A stretch of 64,000 bases of DNA, from assembly GCA_963813155.1 (NCBI GenBank), contig CAWEYG010000001.1:160001-224000 (forward strand). Direction: 5' to 3'. Shown in pieces: positions 14,045-23,717 of the stretch. Both the position numbers and the translations under genes were made by a program. The DNA is from an uncultured Acidobacteriota bacterium. GTDB lineage: Bacteria > Acidobacteriota > Thermoanaerobaculia > UBA5066 > DATFVB01. The number at the start of each line of letters is the position of its first letter. Positions within the stretch are counted from its first letter, which is position 1. The notes beneath the pieces were generated by a model. It ran no database searches. It worked only from the letters and a program-made list of their open reading frames with translations, and was not told the DNA's origin.

Positions 14045-15652
14045 ATGGTTGTCTATAACGCCGGCTCCAAAGAGCTCACCGCCAAGATCGTGTACTACGG
14101 TCCGGGACTCGGCGGCAAAACGACGAACCTCCAGTTCCTTCACCGGCGCCTGGAGCCCTCCTCGGTCGGCAACCTGCTCACTCTCGCGGCGACCGCCGAC
14201 CGCACGATCTTCTTCGATCTGCTCCCCGTCGAGCTCGGAGAGCTGAAGGGCTACCGGATCCGTTTCCAGGTCGCGACCGTTCCGGGACAGTCGCCCTACA
14301 ACGAGACGAGGCGCGTCGTGTTGCGCGGAGTGGACGGAATCGTCTTCGTGGTCGATTCGCGCTGGTCGATGCTTCCGAAAAACCTCGAGAGCTTTCAGAA
14401 CCTGAAGGACAACCTCAAGGAAGAAGGAACTTCGATTGACACTCTCCCCGTCGTCGTGCAGTTCAACAAACGGGACCTCCCGGACGTCCTCGCTGTCGAC
14501 GCGCTCCAGGAAGGGCTCGGTCTCGGCCCGCTTCCGTACATCGAGGCCGTCGCTTCCGACGGGAAAGGCGTTGTCGAGACTTTCAAGCTCGTTTCCAAGC
14601 TGACATTCGTCGACATCCTTCGCCGTCTCCAGAAGAAAGGCGGGCCCCGCGAGGCGCGACCCTCCTCGACGGCCGCGGCGGAGGCTTCGAATCCCCTGCG
14701 TGCCGTTCCGTCCGCGATCGAGCTCGATACCGGCCAGGACGAGAGCGCGACCCGGGCGATCCCCGTGGCGTCCCACGCGACCCTCGACTCCCCTTTTTCT
14801 CCCGGCGACGACACGAATCCCGCTGTCCGGGTGGCAGCGGAAAGGCGCGAGGCGATCGTCCAGGAGACGTTCGCTCCTTTTCCGGAGGCCCCCGGCTCGC
14901 CGCGCGAAGACACGAACCCCGCCTTTTTTCCGAGCGGGCGAGAGCACCCTTCTTCGAGCCCGAGCACGACCGCCTCGTTCCCGGCGTTCGACCCGGAGCC
15001 GCGGACGGGCGAGATCGAGGTCCTCTCGCCCCCCGAAGGGGCGGAGCCCGCTGCGTTTGCCGAAGAGGCGTCTCCGTGGACCGAGGCCGCCGCGGAAGCG
15101 CCTCCGGCAGCTTCCCGTCTCGAAGCGCTGGAGTCCCGCCTTTCGGCGATTCAGAGGGCGAAGCCCTGGACAGCGGAGCTCGACGAGCTCCGCACGGCGC
15201 TGGCGAACCAGAAACTCGGGGCCGAACGCGGTTTCGGCGACATCCGTTCCGCGGTCGAGCGAATCCAGAGGGAAGCCGAAGAGTCCTCGAACCGGGAGAT
15301 GGAGCTCGTCGCCCAGATCAGCCGCGAGTCTCTCGGCGTCGCCGCAGCCCTGGAGAAGCTCGGCTTCCGGATCCAGGAGACGGAAGAGAAATTCAGCCAG
15401 CTCGCGATCGACCAGGAATCGCGGCTGAGCCGTCTCGAAAGGCTGATCGAGGAACAGGCGGAAAGGAATCTCCAGGATCACGAAGCTCAGCGCCGGACCG
15501 CGCTGGAGATCCGCGAGACCCTCGAGGCGTCCCGCGTCGATTCGGAGGAGCGCCTCGCCTCGTTCGAATCGCTGCGGGAGGCCCTTTCCACGACCCTCGG
15601 CGACCTGGCGGACAAACTCCGCCGGGCCGTGAAAGCGGCCGGGCAGACCTGA
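14045..15652 (+). CDS. MglA-family small GTPase fused to Pro/Ala/Glu linker and C-terminal coiled coil
   Basis: KIVYYGPGLGGKTTNL, DRTIFFDLLP, TVPGQ, VLRGVDGIVFVVDS, NKRD, EAVA. Confidence 0.88.
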   Translation: MVVYNAGSKELTAKIVYYGPGLGGKTTNLQFLHRRLEPSSVGNLLTLAATADRTIFFDLLPVELGELKGYRIRFQVATVPGQSPYNETRRVVLRGVDGIVFVVDSRWSMLPKNLESFQNLKDNLKEEGTSIDTLPVVVQFNKRDLPDVLAVDALQEGLGLGPLPYIEAVASDGKGVVETFKLVSKLTFVDILRRLQKKGGPREARPSSTAAAEASNPLRAVPSAIELDTGQDESATRAIPVASHATLDSPFSPGDDTNPAVRVAAERREAIVQETFAPFPEAPGSPREDTNPAFFPSGREHPSSSPSTTASFPAFDPEPRTGEIEVLSPPEGAEPAAFAEEASPWTEAAAEAPPAASRLEALESRLSAIQRAKPWTAELDELRTALANQKLGAERGFGDIRSAVERIQREAEESSNREMELVAQISRESLGVAAALEKLGFRIQETEEKFSQLAIDQESRLSRLERLIEEQAERNLQDHEAQRRTALEIRETLEASRVDSEERLASFESLREALSTTLGDLADKLRRAVKAAGQT

Positions 15653-15692
15653 TTCCGAATCGAAGCAGCCGCGGCCCCCGCGCGAGGATGAA

Positions 15693-16838
15693 ATGAGCGT
15701 GCTCGCCGTTCTTGTCGGGGCAGCCATCATCGTCCTCGTCCTCTGGGACGCGTTCGAATCGATCGTCCTGCCCCGCCGGGTCACGAGACGATTCCGGCTG
15801 ACCCGCTATTTCTACCGCTCGACGTGGAAGCCCTGGTCCTCGCTGGCGCGCCGGCTGCGGCCAGGCAAGCTGCGCGAGGGCATGCTGAGCGCCTACGGGC
15901 CGCTCTCGCTCCTGCTGCTGCTGGTCGTCTGGGCCGTCGGCCTCACGATCGGCTTCGCGCTGCTGCAGTGGGCCGGTCATTCCCTGGAGGATTCCGCGAA
16001 GCGGGCTTCCTTCGCGACTGACCTCTACATGAGCGGAACGACTTTTTTCACGCTCGGTCTCGGCGACGTGACGCCCCACGGCGCGCGCGCTCGCCTTCTG
16101 ACCGTCCTCGAGGCGGGAACCGGTTTCGGGTTCCTCGCCGTCGTGATCGGCTACCTGCCCGTCATTTACTCGGCATTTTCGCGCCGGGAAACCAACATCA
16201 CGCTTCTCGACGCGCGCGCGGGGTCTCCGCCGTCCGCCCGCGAGCTCCTCAAGCGTTTCGCCCACCCGGACGCCCATCCCTCGATGGCCAGGTTCCTCCG
16301 CGATTGGGAGCTCTGGACCGCGGAGCTGATGGAGAGCCACCTGTCGTATCCCGTTCTCTGTTACTACAGGTCCCAACACGACAATCAATCCTGGCTCGCC
16401 GCTCTGACGACGATTCTCGACGCCTGCTCCTTCGTGACGGCGCACGGGGAGGGCGAAGTGGCGTGGCAGGCGAAAATGACCTTCGCGATCGCGCGCCACG
16501 CCGTCGTTGACCTCTCGCAGGTGCTGATCGCGCCCCCGGGCCCGTGGGTCGAGGACCGCCTTCCGCGCGGAGAGCTCGAGCAGCTGCGCGAAGACCTCCG
16601 GCTGGCGGGAATTCCGTTGTGCACCGAGCCCGAGGGAGCGGAACGACTCCGCGCTTACCAGCGGCTCTACGAGCCGTACGTGCATGCCCTGGCCAACCGC
16701 CTGCTCATCTCGATCCCCGGGTGGTCGCCGGCGGTCGGCAAGGCCCCCAGCGACAACTGGCAGACGAGCGCCTGGGAGAAGCAGTCGAAGGATCGATCCG
16801 GCTCCGCGTCCACTCCGGCCGACGACGAGCACGCATGA
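15693..16838 (+). CDS. Two-TM potassium-channel family protein
   Basis: TM-pore-TM with SGTTFFTLGLGD filter-like motif. Confidence 0.8.
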   Translation: MSVLAVLVGAAIIVLVLWDAFESIVLPRRVTRRFRLTRYFYRSTWKPWSSLARRLRPGKLREGMLSAYGPLSLLLLLVVWAVGLTIGFALLQWAGHSLEDSAKRASFATDLYMSGTTFFTLGLGDVTPHGARARLLTVLEAGTGFGFLAVVIGYLPVIYSAFSRRETNITLLDARAGSPPSARELLKRFAHPDAHPSMARFLRDWELWTAELMESHLSYPVLCYYRSQHDNQSWLAALTTILDACSFVTAHGEGEVAWQAKMTFAIARHAVVDLSQVLIAPPGPWVEDRLPRGELEQLREDLRLAGIPLCTEPEGAERLRAYQRLYEPYVHALANRLLISIPGWSPAVGKAPSDNWQTSAWEKQSKDRSGSASTPADDEHA

Positions 16839-16980
16839 CCTCTCGCCCCGGGCGGGATCGATTTTGACAAGAAAACCGTAACTTTCCGGGGTGCTTCCGG
16901 CGTTTGCCAGTGGGATGCTGCGCACGAACGGGCCGAAAGTCAGGAATCTTCCTCCGCCCCCGGCCGTTTTCGAAGGTCGA

Positions 16981-17859
16981 ATGGCCGAGCTCGCCCGCCG
17001 CCTCCCGGACAACGTCGAAGGAGACTTCTATGTCGACAGCACGTGCATCGACTGCGACGCGTGCCGGCAGATCGCTCCCGCGATTTTCCGCGAAAAAGGC
17101 GGCCGGTCGATCGTCTGCCGCCAGCCGTCCAGCCCGGAGGAAGATCGCCGCGCGATGATGGCTCTCGTCGCGTGCCCGACGGGATCGATCGGGGCTCCCC
17201 GCGAGCGCGACCGCCGGGCCGGCGTGAGCGCCTTCCCCGAGCGCCTCGTCGAAAACGTTTCGTTCTGCGGCTTCACGGCCGAGTCGAGCTTCGGCGCCTG
17301 GAGCTACCTCGTGTCCCGCTCGCCCGCGGACGGGGGAAACGTGCTCGTGGACTCTCCCCGGTTCGCGGCGCCCCTCGTCGCCCGGATCGAGGAAATGGGC
17401 GGCGTCTCGGCGCTCTTTCTCACCCATCGGGACGATGTCGCCGACCACGAGAAATTCGCCCGGCGATTCGGCTGCAAGCGATACCTGCGCGCCTCCGACG
17501 ACGGCGCGCGTTTCGGGGTCGAAGAGGCGTGGAGCGGAGACGATCCGCTTCCGATCGGCGACGACTTCCTGGCGATTCCGACTCCCGGCCACACGCGGGG
17601 GCATGCCGTTCTCCTCTACCGGAACAAGTACCTCTTCACGGGCGATCACCTCGCGTGGTCGCCCTCCCGAAAGCGTCTCACGGCCTTTCGCGGGGCTTGC
17701 TGGTACTCGTGGGAAGAGCAGATCCGGTCGATGCGCCGGCTTCTCGATTTCTCCTTCGAGTGGGTGCTTCCCGGCCACGGCCGGATCCACCACGCCCCCG
17801 CGGGTGAGATGCGCGCTTCGCTCGAAAAATGCATCGAATGGATGGAGAAATCGGCTTGA
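16981..17859 (+). CDS. Ferredoxin-MBL-fold hydrolase fusion
   Basis: CIDCDAC...ACPTGSIG Fe-S motif; LTHRDDVADH, TPGHTRGH, FTGDH, LPGHG. Confidence 0.85.
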   Translation: MAELARRLPDNVEGDFYVDSTCIDCDACRQIAPAIFREKGGRSIVCRQPSSPEEDRRAMMALVACPTGSIGAPRERDRRAGVSAFPERLVENVSFCGFTAESSFGAWSYLVSRSPADGGNVLVDSPRFAAPLVARIEEMGGVSALFLTHRDDVADHEKFARRFGCKRYLRASDDGARFGVEEAWSGDDPLPIGDDFLAIPTPGHTRGHAVLLYRNKYLFTGDHLAWSPSRKRLTAFRGACWYSWEEQIRSMRRLLDFSFEWVLPGHGRIHHAPAGEMRASLEKCIEWMEKSA

Positions 17860-17879
17860 ACGAAGAAAGGAGATCTCGA

Positions 17880-18765
17880 ATGCACCGAATCGGAATGTTC
17901 GCTCGCGGCCGTCGCCTGCTCGGCGAGCGTTCAGGCGGCCGGGACGCTGAAAGTTCGCGTCGGACCGACGCGAACCTACGGACAGCTGGCCGCGCAGGTC
18001 CGGCAGTCGATGGGCGCAACGCCCGTCCCGTCGAAACGGAGCCGGAACGCGATCGAGTACGACCTCGGGTACAGCGCCCTCCTGCTCCCGGGAGCCGGCA
18101 ACCTGGCGGGGAGCAACGGCACCTACTTCCGCTCGGACGTGATGCTCGTCAACTACCTGAACGTCGACCAGGACGTTGCGCTCACCTGGCTCGCGCAGGG
18201 CGTGGACAACTCGAACGCCCAGGCCCAGATCTACACGCTGACGAAGCAGTCCGTGGTGGCCCTCGACGACTTCGTCGGCCAGACGCTTCAGAAACAGGGA
18301 CTCGGCGCCGTCGCGATCGTGGGCGTCGACAGCTCGGGAAATTACGACGTCAATGCCGACATCGACGCGACTTCGCGAATCTGGACCCCCCAGCCGGGCG
18401 GCGCGGGCACGACTTCGCTTCAGCTGGCGGCCGTCACGACCCCCGATCTCTTCGACAATCCTCCCGGCTACGCGTTCGGGTTGAAGCAAACGGCCGGATT
18501 CCACTCGAACGTGGGGATCGTCAACCTCGACAGTGTCGCCCACACGTTCACCGTCGGCGTGAACGGGCAGAACACCACCGCCTCGTTCAACGTCACCGTC
18601 CCCGCCTTTTCTCTCCAGCAGGTCCCTCTCCCGGACGGCGATTTCGGCGACCTGTGGCTGTCATTCGTGCCCGAGGGAGGGGGATTCGCCTGGAGCGCTT
18701 ACGGGGTGAGCGACGACAACACGACGGGCGACGGATGGGCCTCGCACGCGCATCAGCCCCAGTGA
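17880..18765 (+). CDS. Exported beta-rich protein; apparent frameshift ~17900
   Basis: SD AAGGAG + ATG 17880; signal-like MHRIGMF/LAAVACSASVQA continues into ORF 18010..18765 (GSNGTYFRSDVMLVN, SNVGIVN, VSDDNTTGD). Confidence 0.65.
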
Positions 18766-18789
18766 GGGACCTCTTTCGCGGGCGCGCGG

Positions 18790-20262
18790 CTACAGCAGCG
18801 GCGACATCAGCCGCGCGAGGCCCTGGCCGAGCAGCGCGAAGAAGCCCCGGCCCGAGAGCAGCTTCGGCGTGATTTCCCGGCTGAACTCGAGATCTTCGTA
18901 AAACTGGCGCTCGAGCCGGTCCGCGAAGCCCGGGTCGAAGACGAGCGCGCTGATCTCGAAATTCAGCCAGAAGCTCCGCACGTCGACGTTGGCGGACCCC
19001 ACGAGGCACCACCTCCCGTCGACGACCATCGTCTTGGAATGGAGCATCGAGCGCCGGTATTCGAAGATCCGCACGCCCGCCCGCACGAGGCTCGCGTAGT
19101 ACGAACGGGACGCCGGACCCATCAGCGCAATGTCGTTTTTCTCCGGCAGCAGGACCCGGACGTCGACCCCGCGCAGCGCCGCCGTCACGAGCGCGCGAAC
19201 CGTCGGGCCGTCGGGAATGAAGTACGGGCTCGCGATGAAGCACCGCGACACGGCCGACGTGATTCCCGCGAAATATCCGAGCCGGTTCGCGTTGGCTTCC
19301 TGGTCGGGGCCGCTCGGGAGCACGGCGACGAGGCAGCCGTCCTTCTCCCGGAATTCGGGCTCCGGGACGTCGAGCAGTTCTTCGCTCTCCGTCGCGAATG
19401 ACCAGTCTTCTGCGAACACCTCGCCGAGCTGACCCGCGGCCGGGCCCCTCAGCACGAGCAGCGTGTCGCGCCACGGTCTCTGCTTCACCCGGCCGAACGC
19501 GCCCGAATACTCGTTTCCGATGTTCATGCCGCCCGTCATCGCGAGCTCGCCGTCGACGACGAGGATCTTCCGATGGTTTCGAAGGTGCACGGCCCAGCGC
19601 TTGCGCAGAGGATTGACCGGGAGAAAGACCTCGACGTGCCCGCCGGCGGCCCGGATGGCCCCCAGCGCCGCGGCGTCGATTCCCCACGATCCGACGGCGT
19701 CGTAGAGCAGGCGCACGTCGACCCCCTCGCGGGCTCGTGCGCAGAGGAGCTCGAGGAACTCCTTTCCGGTCCCGTCGTTCTTCACCATGTAGAACTCGGC
19801 CCAGACCGAACGCCGGGCGCCGCGAAGCGCATCCGTGATCCGCCGGGTCGCCTCCGCGTTGTGCGAGATGAGCTCCGCGGAGTTGCCCCCGGCGGCCGGG
19901 ATGTCGGAAAGGCGGCTCGCGAGGCGAACGATCGAGCGCTCGACGGCGGACAGGCGCTCTTCCTCGCCTTCTCGAAGCCCGGAGCTCCCCTGTCCGGGCT
20001 TGTGCCGGCGCAGTTGCCGGGTCGCCGCGCGCTTGGCCCGCCGCGTTCTCGCGACATGGGGATTCGCAAGGAGCAGGTAGGCGATCGGCCCGGCGACGGG
20101 AAACGCGATGATCGCGAAGATCCATGCGAGCGTGCTCGCGAACCCGCGCCCTCGGACGATCGCGAGCACGAGGACCCCCAGAACGACGAGGTCGTAGACG
20201 AAGAGCGCGGGAACCGGGACGCGGGAAAGGAGCGATCCGAGGTGAACGAGCCGGGTCAGCAC
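18790..20262 (-). CDS. cls: Cardiolipin synthase
   Basis: Two N-terminal TMs and two HKD motifs (RNHRKILVVDG, LHSKTMVVD). Confidence 0.93.
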   Translation of the reverse strand: MLTRLVHLGSLLSRVPVPALFVYDLVVLGVLVLAIVRGRGFASTLAWIFAIIAFPVAGPIAYLLLANPHVARTRRAKRAATRQLRRHKPGQGSSGLREGEEERLSAVERSIVRLASRLSDIPAAGGNSAELISHNAEATRRITDALRGARRSVWAEFYMVKNDGTGKEFLELLCARAREGVDVRLLYDAVGSWGIDAAALGAIRAAGGHVEVFLPVNPLRKRWAVHLRNHRKILVVDGELAMTGGMNIGNEYSGAFGRVKQRPWRDTLLVLRGPAAGQLGEVFAEDWSFATESEELLDVPEPEFREKDGCLVAVLPSGPDQEANANRLGYFAGITSAVSRCFIASPYFIPDGPTVRALVTAALRGVDVRVLLPEKNDIALMGPASRSYYASLVRAGVRIFEYRRSMLHSKTMVVDGRWCLVGSANVDVRSFWLNFEISALVFDPGFADRLERQFYEDLEFSREITPKLLSGRGFFALLGQGLARLMSPLL

Positions 20263-20292
20263 GGAGCCAGCGCCTCGAATAACATTCCCGGC

Positions 20293-20427
20293 GTGCCGGA
20301 AGACCCTCGCGAGCAGCAGGCCCGAAACTCGCCCCGGGCGGTCATGGCGGCCTTTCTCCTGGCCGCGATCGTCTTCGGGGCGGCCGCGCTCTTCGCGTTC
20401 GTTCTCTTTTCCCGCGCCTGCGGGTGA
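20293..20427 (+). CDS. 44-aa single-TM small protein
   Basis: GTG 20293, MPEDPREQQARNSPRAVMAAFLLAAIVFGAAALFAFVLFSRACG; TAACAT 8 nt upstream. Confidence 0.45.
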   Translation: MPEDPREQQARNSPRAVMAAFLLAAIVFGAAALFAFVLFSRACG

Positions 20428-20463
20428 CGTCGGCTCACGAGCCGGATGTTACACGCCGGAAGC

Positions 20464-20479
20464 TGGCATTCTCTATGCT
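20464..20479 (+). promoter_or_regulatory. Candidate sigma54 -24/-12 promoter
   Basis: TGGCATTCTCTATGCT, exact GG-N10-GC spacing, just upstream of the PAP2 ATG. Confidence 0.6.
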
Positions 20480-20492
20480 ATCGAACGACAGG

Positions 20493-21440
20493 ATGGGGAC
20501 AAGCCTTCTCGTTTTCCTCGCCGCGGCGGCGATCGGCGGCGCGGATCGTCCGGCCATCGCCCAGGAGGCCTGCCCCGGCCCGGACGACGGGCAGGTCGTC
20601 GTGGCGGGACTCGACGCGCAGGCCACTCTCCCGCCCGACACGTCCGCCCCTCCCAACGACGCGCCGGAGACCGAGACGCCGCCCAAGCCGCGGCCTTCTC
20701 TGCCGGTTCGCGTCTTTCTCCGCGCCAAGGAGGAAGCGGGACGATACGTCGCCGACGCGGCGGGTCTCGTCCTCGCGCCCGCGAAGTGGGATTCCGGCGA
20801 TTGGAAAACGGCGGCGGGCGCGACGCTCATTCTCGGCGGCCTTTTCGCGGCGGACGAATCCATCGACCGCGCGGCCCAGAGAAACCGGTCGACGTTCACG
20901 AACCATGTCTCGTCGGCGACGACGAGTCTGGGGGGAGGCGAAGGACCCGAGATCTCCGGGCTGCTGCTCGCGGTCGGAATCGTCTTCCACGACCCGAACA
21001 CGCGCGACATGGGGCGCGAAGCGCTCGAGGCCGGGCTCTTCACGAGCCTGCTCAACAACCTCGTTCTGAAAAGAGCGTTCGGCCGCGAGCGGCCATTTCG
21101 GTCCAACGGGGAGACGGATTTCGATGCCGGCACGCGCAACGACTCCTTCCCGTCCGGACACGCGACGGAAGCGTTTTCCGTCGCCTCCGTCGTCGCCATG
21201 CGAGCGCCCGGCTGGATCATCCCCGGCCTCGCGTACGCGGCCGCCACGATCGTGGCGTTCGACCGCGTGAACGACCACGTCCACTTCGCGAGCGACGTCT
21301 TCGCGGGGGCCGTCCTCGGCACGGTCACCGGCCGCTGGCTCGTCGCGCGGCACCGCCGGGAAGAGCAGAAAGGCGCCCCGAAAGCGTCGATCGACATCGT
21401 CCCCATCCGCAACGGCCTCTCCGCGAGGGTTCGCTTCTAG
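20493..21440 (+). CDS. PAP2-family phosphatase, exported/membrane
   Basis: KRAFGRERP, SFPSGHA, RVNDHVHFASDV motifs; signal peptide. Confidence 0.85.
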   Translation: MGTSLLVFLAAAAIGGADRPAIAQEACPGPDDGQVVVAGLDAQATLPPDTSAPPNDAPETETPPKPRPSLPVRVFLRAKEEAGRYVADAAGLVLAPAKWDSGDWKTAAGATLILGGLFAADESIDRAAQRNRSTFTNHVSSATTSLGGGEGPEISGLLLAVGIVFHDPNTRDMGREALEAGLFTSLLNNLVLKRAFGRERPFRSNGETDFDAGTRNDSFPSGHATEAFSVASVVAMRAPGWIIPGLAYAAATIVAFDRVNDHVHFASDVFAGAVLGTVTGRWLVARHRREEQKGAPKASIDIVPIRNGLSARVRF

Positions 21441-21494
21441 ACCGCCTTTCCCCGCGAACGCTTCGATATAATCCCGCCCGGAACGGAGGCTGAC

Positions 21495-23573
21495 ATGAAA
21501 GTCTTCTCGGCGCCCGAGATCCGCAACGTCGCCGTGCTCGGGCACAACACGGTCGGAAAGACGACCCTCGTTTCCGCGATGCTTCACCGGGCGGGTGTCA
21601 CGACGCGCGCGGGCGACATTCATGCCGGAACGTGCGTGACCGATTTCGACGCCGAGGAGATCGACCGAAAGATCTCGATCAATCTCGGCGTCGCGCACGC
21701 GATCCACCGCGACGTCAAAGTGAACTTCCTGGACGCCCCGGGCTACGGAATCTTCGTGTCCGAAGCGAAGTGCGCGGTCGTCGCGGCCGACGCCGTGCTC
21801 CTCGTCATCGACGCCGTCTCGGGCGTGGAGGTCCAGACCGAGAAAGCGTGGAAATTCGCGGAACAGTTCGGCCGGCCGGTCATCTTCGTCGTCAACCGGA
21901 TGGACCGGGAGCGCGCCTCTCTGGAGCGCTGCATCGCGGACCTTCAGAAGAAATTCGGACGCGGGGTCGTCGCGCTCCAGATTCCCGTCGGAGCCGAGAA
22001 GAGCTTCCATGGCACGATCGACCTCGTCCGGATGGAGGCGCACATGCTCGAGGACGGGAAGCGCAAGGACGGCGCCATTCCGGAAGACCACCGCGAGCGC
22101 GCCGAGGCCGAACACAAGAATCTCGTCGAAATGGTCGCCGAAGGGGAAGACGACCTGATGGAAAAGTTCTTCGCGAACGGGACGCTCGAACCCGCCGAGC
22201 TCCTGCCCGGTCTCCGGCGCGAGATCAGCGAGCGAAAAGTCTTCCCGGTCCTGTGCGTGTCGTCCCAGCTCGAGATCGGCGTGCTGCGCGTGCTCGACGC
22301 CTGCGTCGCGCTGTTCCCCTCCCCCGAAGGCGCCCGAGTGACGGCGAAGGACAAGGACGGCAAAGAGCTGGAAATCGCCAATGAAGAGTCCGGTCCGCCG
22401 CTCGCGCAGGTGTTCAAAACGGTCTCCGACCCGTTCTCCGGCCGGCTCACGTATTTCCGGGTTCATTCCGGCGTATTGAAGTCCGACGGAAACTACTGGA
22501 ACTCGACGAAATCCGCGCCGGAACGGTTCACGGGCCTTTTCCTTCCCCAGGGAAAGGAGCACGTCAGCGTGCCGGAGCTCAAGGCCGGCGACATCGGGGC
22601 GGCGGCAAAGTTGAAGGAGACGACGACCGGCGACACCCTCTCCTCCAAGGAGAACCCGCTCGTGCTGCCGCCCCTGACGTTTCCCGAGCCGGCGATCGCG
22701 TTCGCGATCGAGGCGAAGTCGAAGGCCGACGAAGACAAGATTTCCGTTGCCCTTCACAAGCTGATCGAGGAAGACCCCTCGCTGCGATTCGAGCGCGACG
22801 AGCAGACGAAGGAATTCCATCTCTCCGGCGCGGGACAGCTCCACGTCGAGATCGCGGTCGCACGCCTGAAGAAGCGCTACAACGTGGAGGTCATCCTCCA
22901 TCCGCCGAAGGTCCCCTACCGCGAGACGATCACGAAGAAGGCGGAAGCGCACGGCCGCCACAAGAAGCAATCGGGCGGACACGGCCAGTTCGCGGATTGC
23001 CGCATCGAGGTCTCGCCGCTGCCGCGCGGCGCGGATTTCGAGTTCGAAAACGACATCTTCGGGGGTTCGATTCCCCGCAACTACATCCCCGCGGTCGAGA
23101 AGGGCATCCAGGAGGCCCGCCGCCACGGTTTCATCGCCGGCTATCCGATGGTGGACTTCAAGGTCCGCCTGTACGACGGCCAGTACCACGACGTCGACTC
23201 CTCGGAAATGGCGTTCAAGATCGCGGGCGGCCTCGCCTACAAGGAGGCGATGGCGAAGGCGGGCGCGACGCTGCTCGAGCCGATCATGCAGGTGGAGGTC
23301 TACGCTCCCGCGGAGTACATGGGCGACCTGATGGGCGACCTGTCCTCGCGACGCGGGCACGTGCAGGGCCTCGACACCGAGGGAGACCGGCAGACGATTC
23401 GCGCGCTCGTCCCGATGGCGGAGATGCTGACGTACGGGTCGACGCTGCGGTCGATCACGCAGGGACGCGGCGATTTCCACATGGACTATTCCCACTACGC
23501 CGAAGTCCCGCATTCGCTCCGCGAGAAGATCGCCGCGGAATCGGGCAAGAAGCCGGCCGAAGTCGAGGGCTAG
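21495..23573 (+). CDS. fusA: Elongation factor G paralog (EF-G2-like), outside the str operon
   Basis: GHNTVGKTT, DAPG, NRMD, VPYRETI, KKQSGGHGQFA, DVDSSEMAF; SD GGAGG and TATAAT upstream. Confidence 0.88.
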   Translation: MKVFSAPEIRNVAVLGHNTVGKTTLVSAMLHRAGVTTRAGDIHAGTCVTDFDAEEIDRKISINLGVAHAIHRDVKVNFLDAPGYGIFVSEAKCAVVAADAVLLVIDAVSGVEVQTEKAWKFAEQFGRPVIFVVNRMDRERASLERCIADLQKKFGRGVVALQIPVGAEKSFHGTIDLVRMEAHMLEDGKRKDGAIPEDHRERAEAEHKNLVEMVAEGEDDLMEKFFANGTLEPAELLPGLRREISERKVFPVLCVSSQLEIGVLRVLDACVALFPSPEGARVTAKDKDGKELEIANEESGPPLAQVFKTVSDPFSGRLTYFRVHSGVLKSDGNYWNSTKSAPERFTGLFLPQGKEHVSVPELKAGDIGAAAKLKETTTGDTLSSKENPLVLPPLTFPEPAIAFAIEAKSKADEDKISVALHKLIEEDPSLRFERDEQTKEFHLSGAGQLHVEIAVARLKKRYNVEVILHPPKVPYRETITKKAEAHGRHKKQSGGHGQFADCRIEVSPLPRGADFEFENDIFGGSIPRNYIPAVEKGIQEARRHGFIAGYPMVDFKVRLYDGQYHDVDSSEMAFKIAGGLAYKEAMAKAGATLLEPIMQVEVYAPAEYMGDLMGDLSSRRGHVQGLDTEGDRQTIRALVPMAEMLTYGSTLRSITQGRGDFHMDYSHYAEVPHSLREKIAAESGKKPAEVEG

Positions 23574-23578
23574 CAGGA

Positions 23579-23716
23579 GCCTTCGCTTCTCGCGCGGGTG
23601 GCCCGGGGCAAGACCCCTTTTGCCGCTCGCGACGCGGGTGTAGCAAAGTCCTCAGGCTCGCGGCGAGCGGAAAAGAGGGTCGAGCCCCGTGACAGGACCC
23701 GCACGAGAAGCGAGGC
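23579..23716. repeat. 138-nt nested imperfect inverted repeat (rod-like hairpin) between convergent genes
   Basis: GCCTTCGCTTCTCGcGCGGGT/ACCCGCaCGAGAAGCGAGGC, CGGGGC/GCCCCG, GACCC/GGGTC, CTTTT/AAAAG, CCGCTCGC/GCGAGCGG, CGCGGGT/GCTCGCG. Confidence 0.8.
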
Positions 23717-23717
23717 G

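Noticed and set aside
16860-16900. TTGACA -35 upstream of the ferredoxin-MBL gene
   Set aside because: No -10 at 16-18 nt spacing
23634-23661. tRNA-like start GCGGGTGTAGC inside the long hairpin
   Set aside because: No D/anticodon/T arms, GTTCRA or CCA
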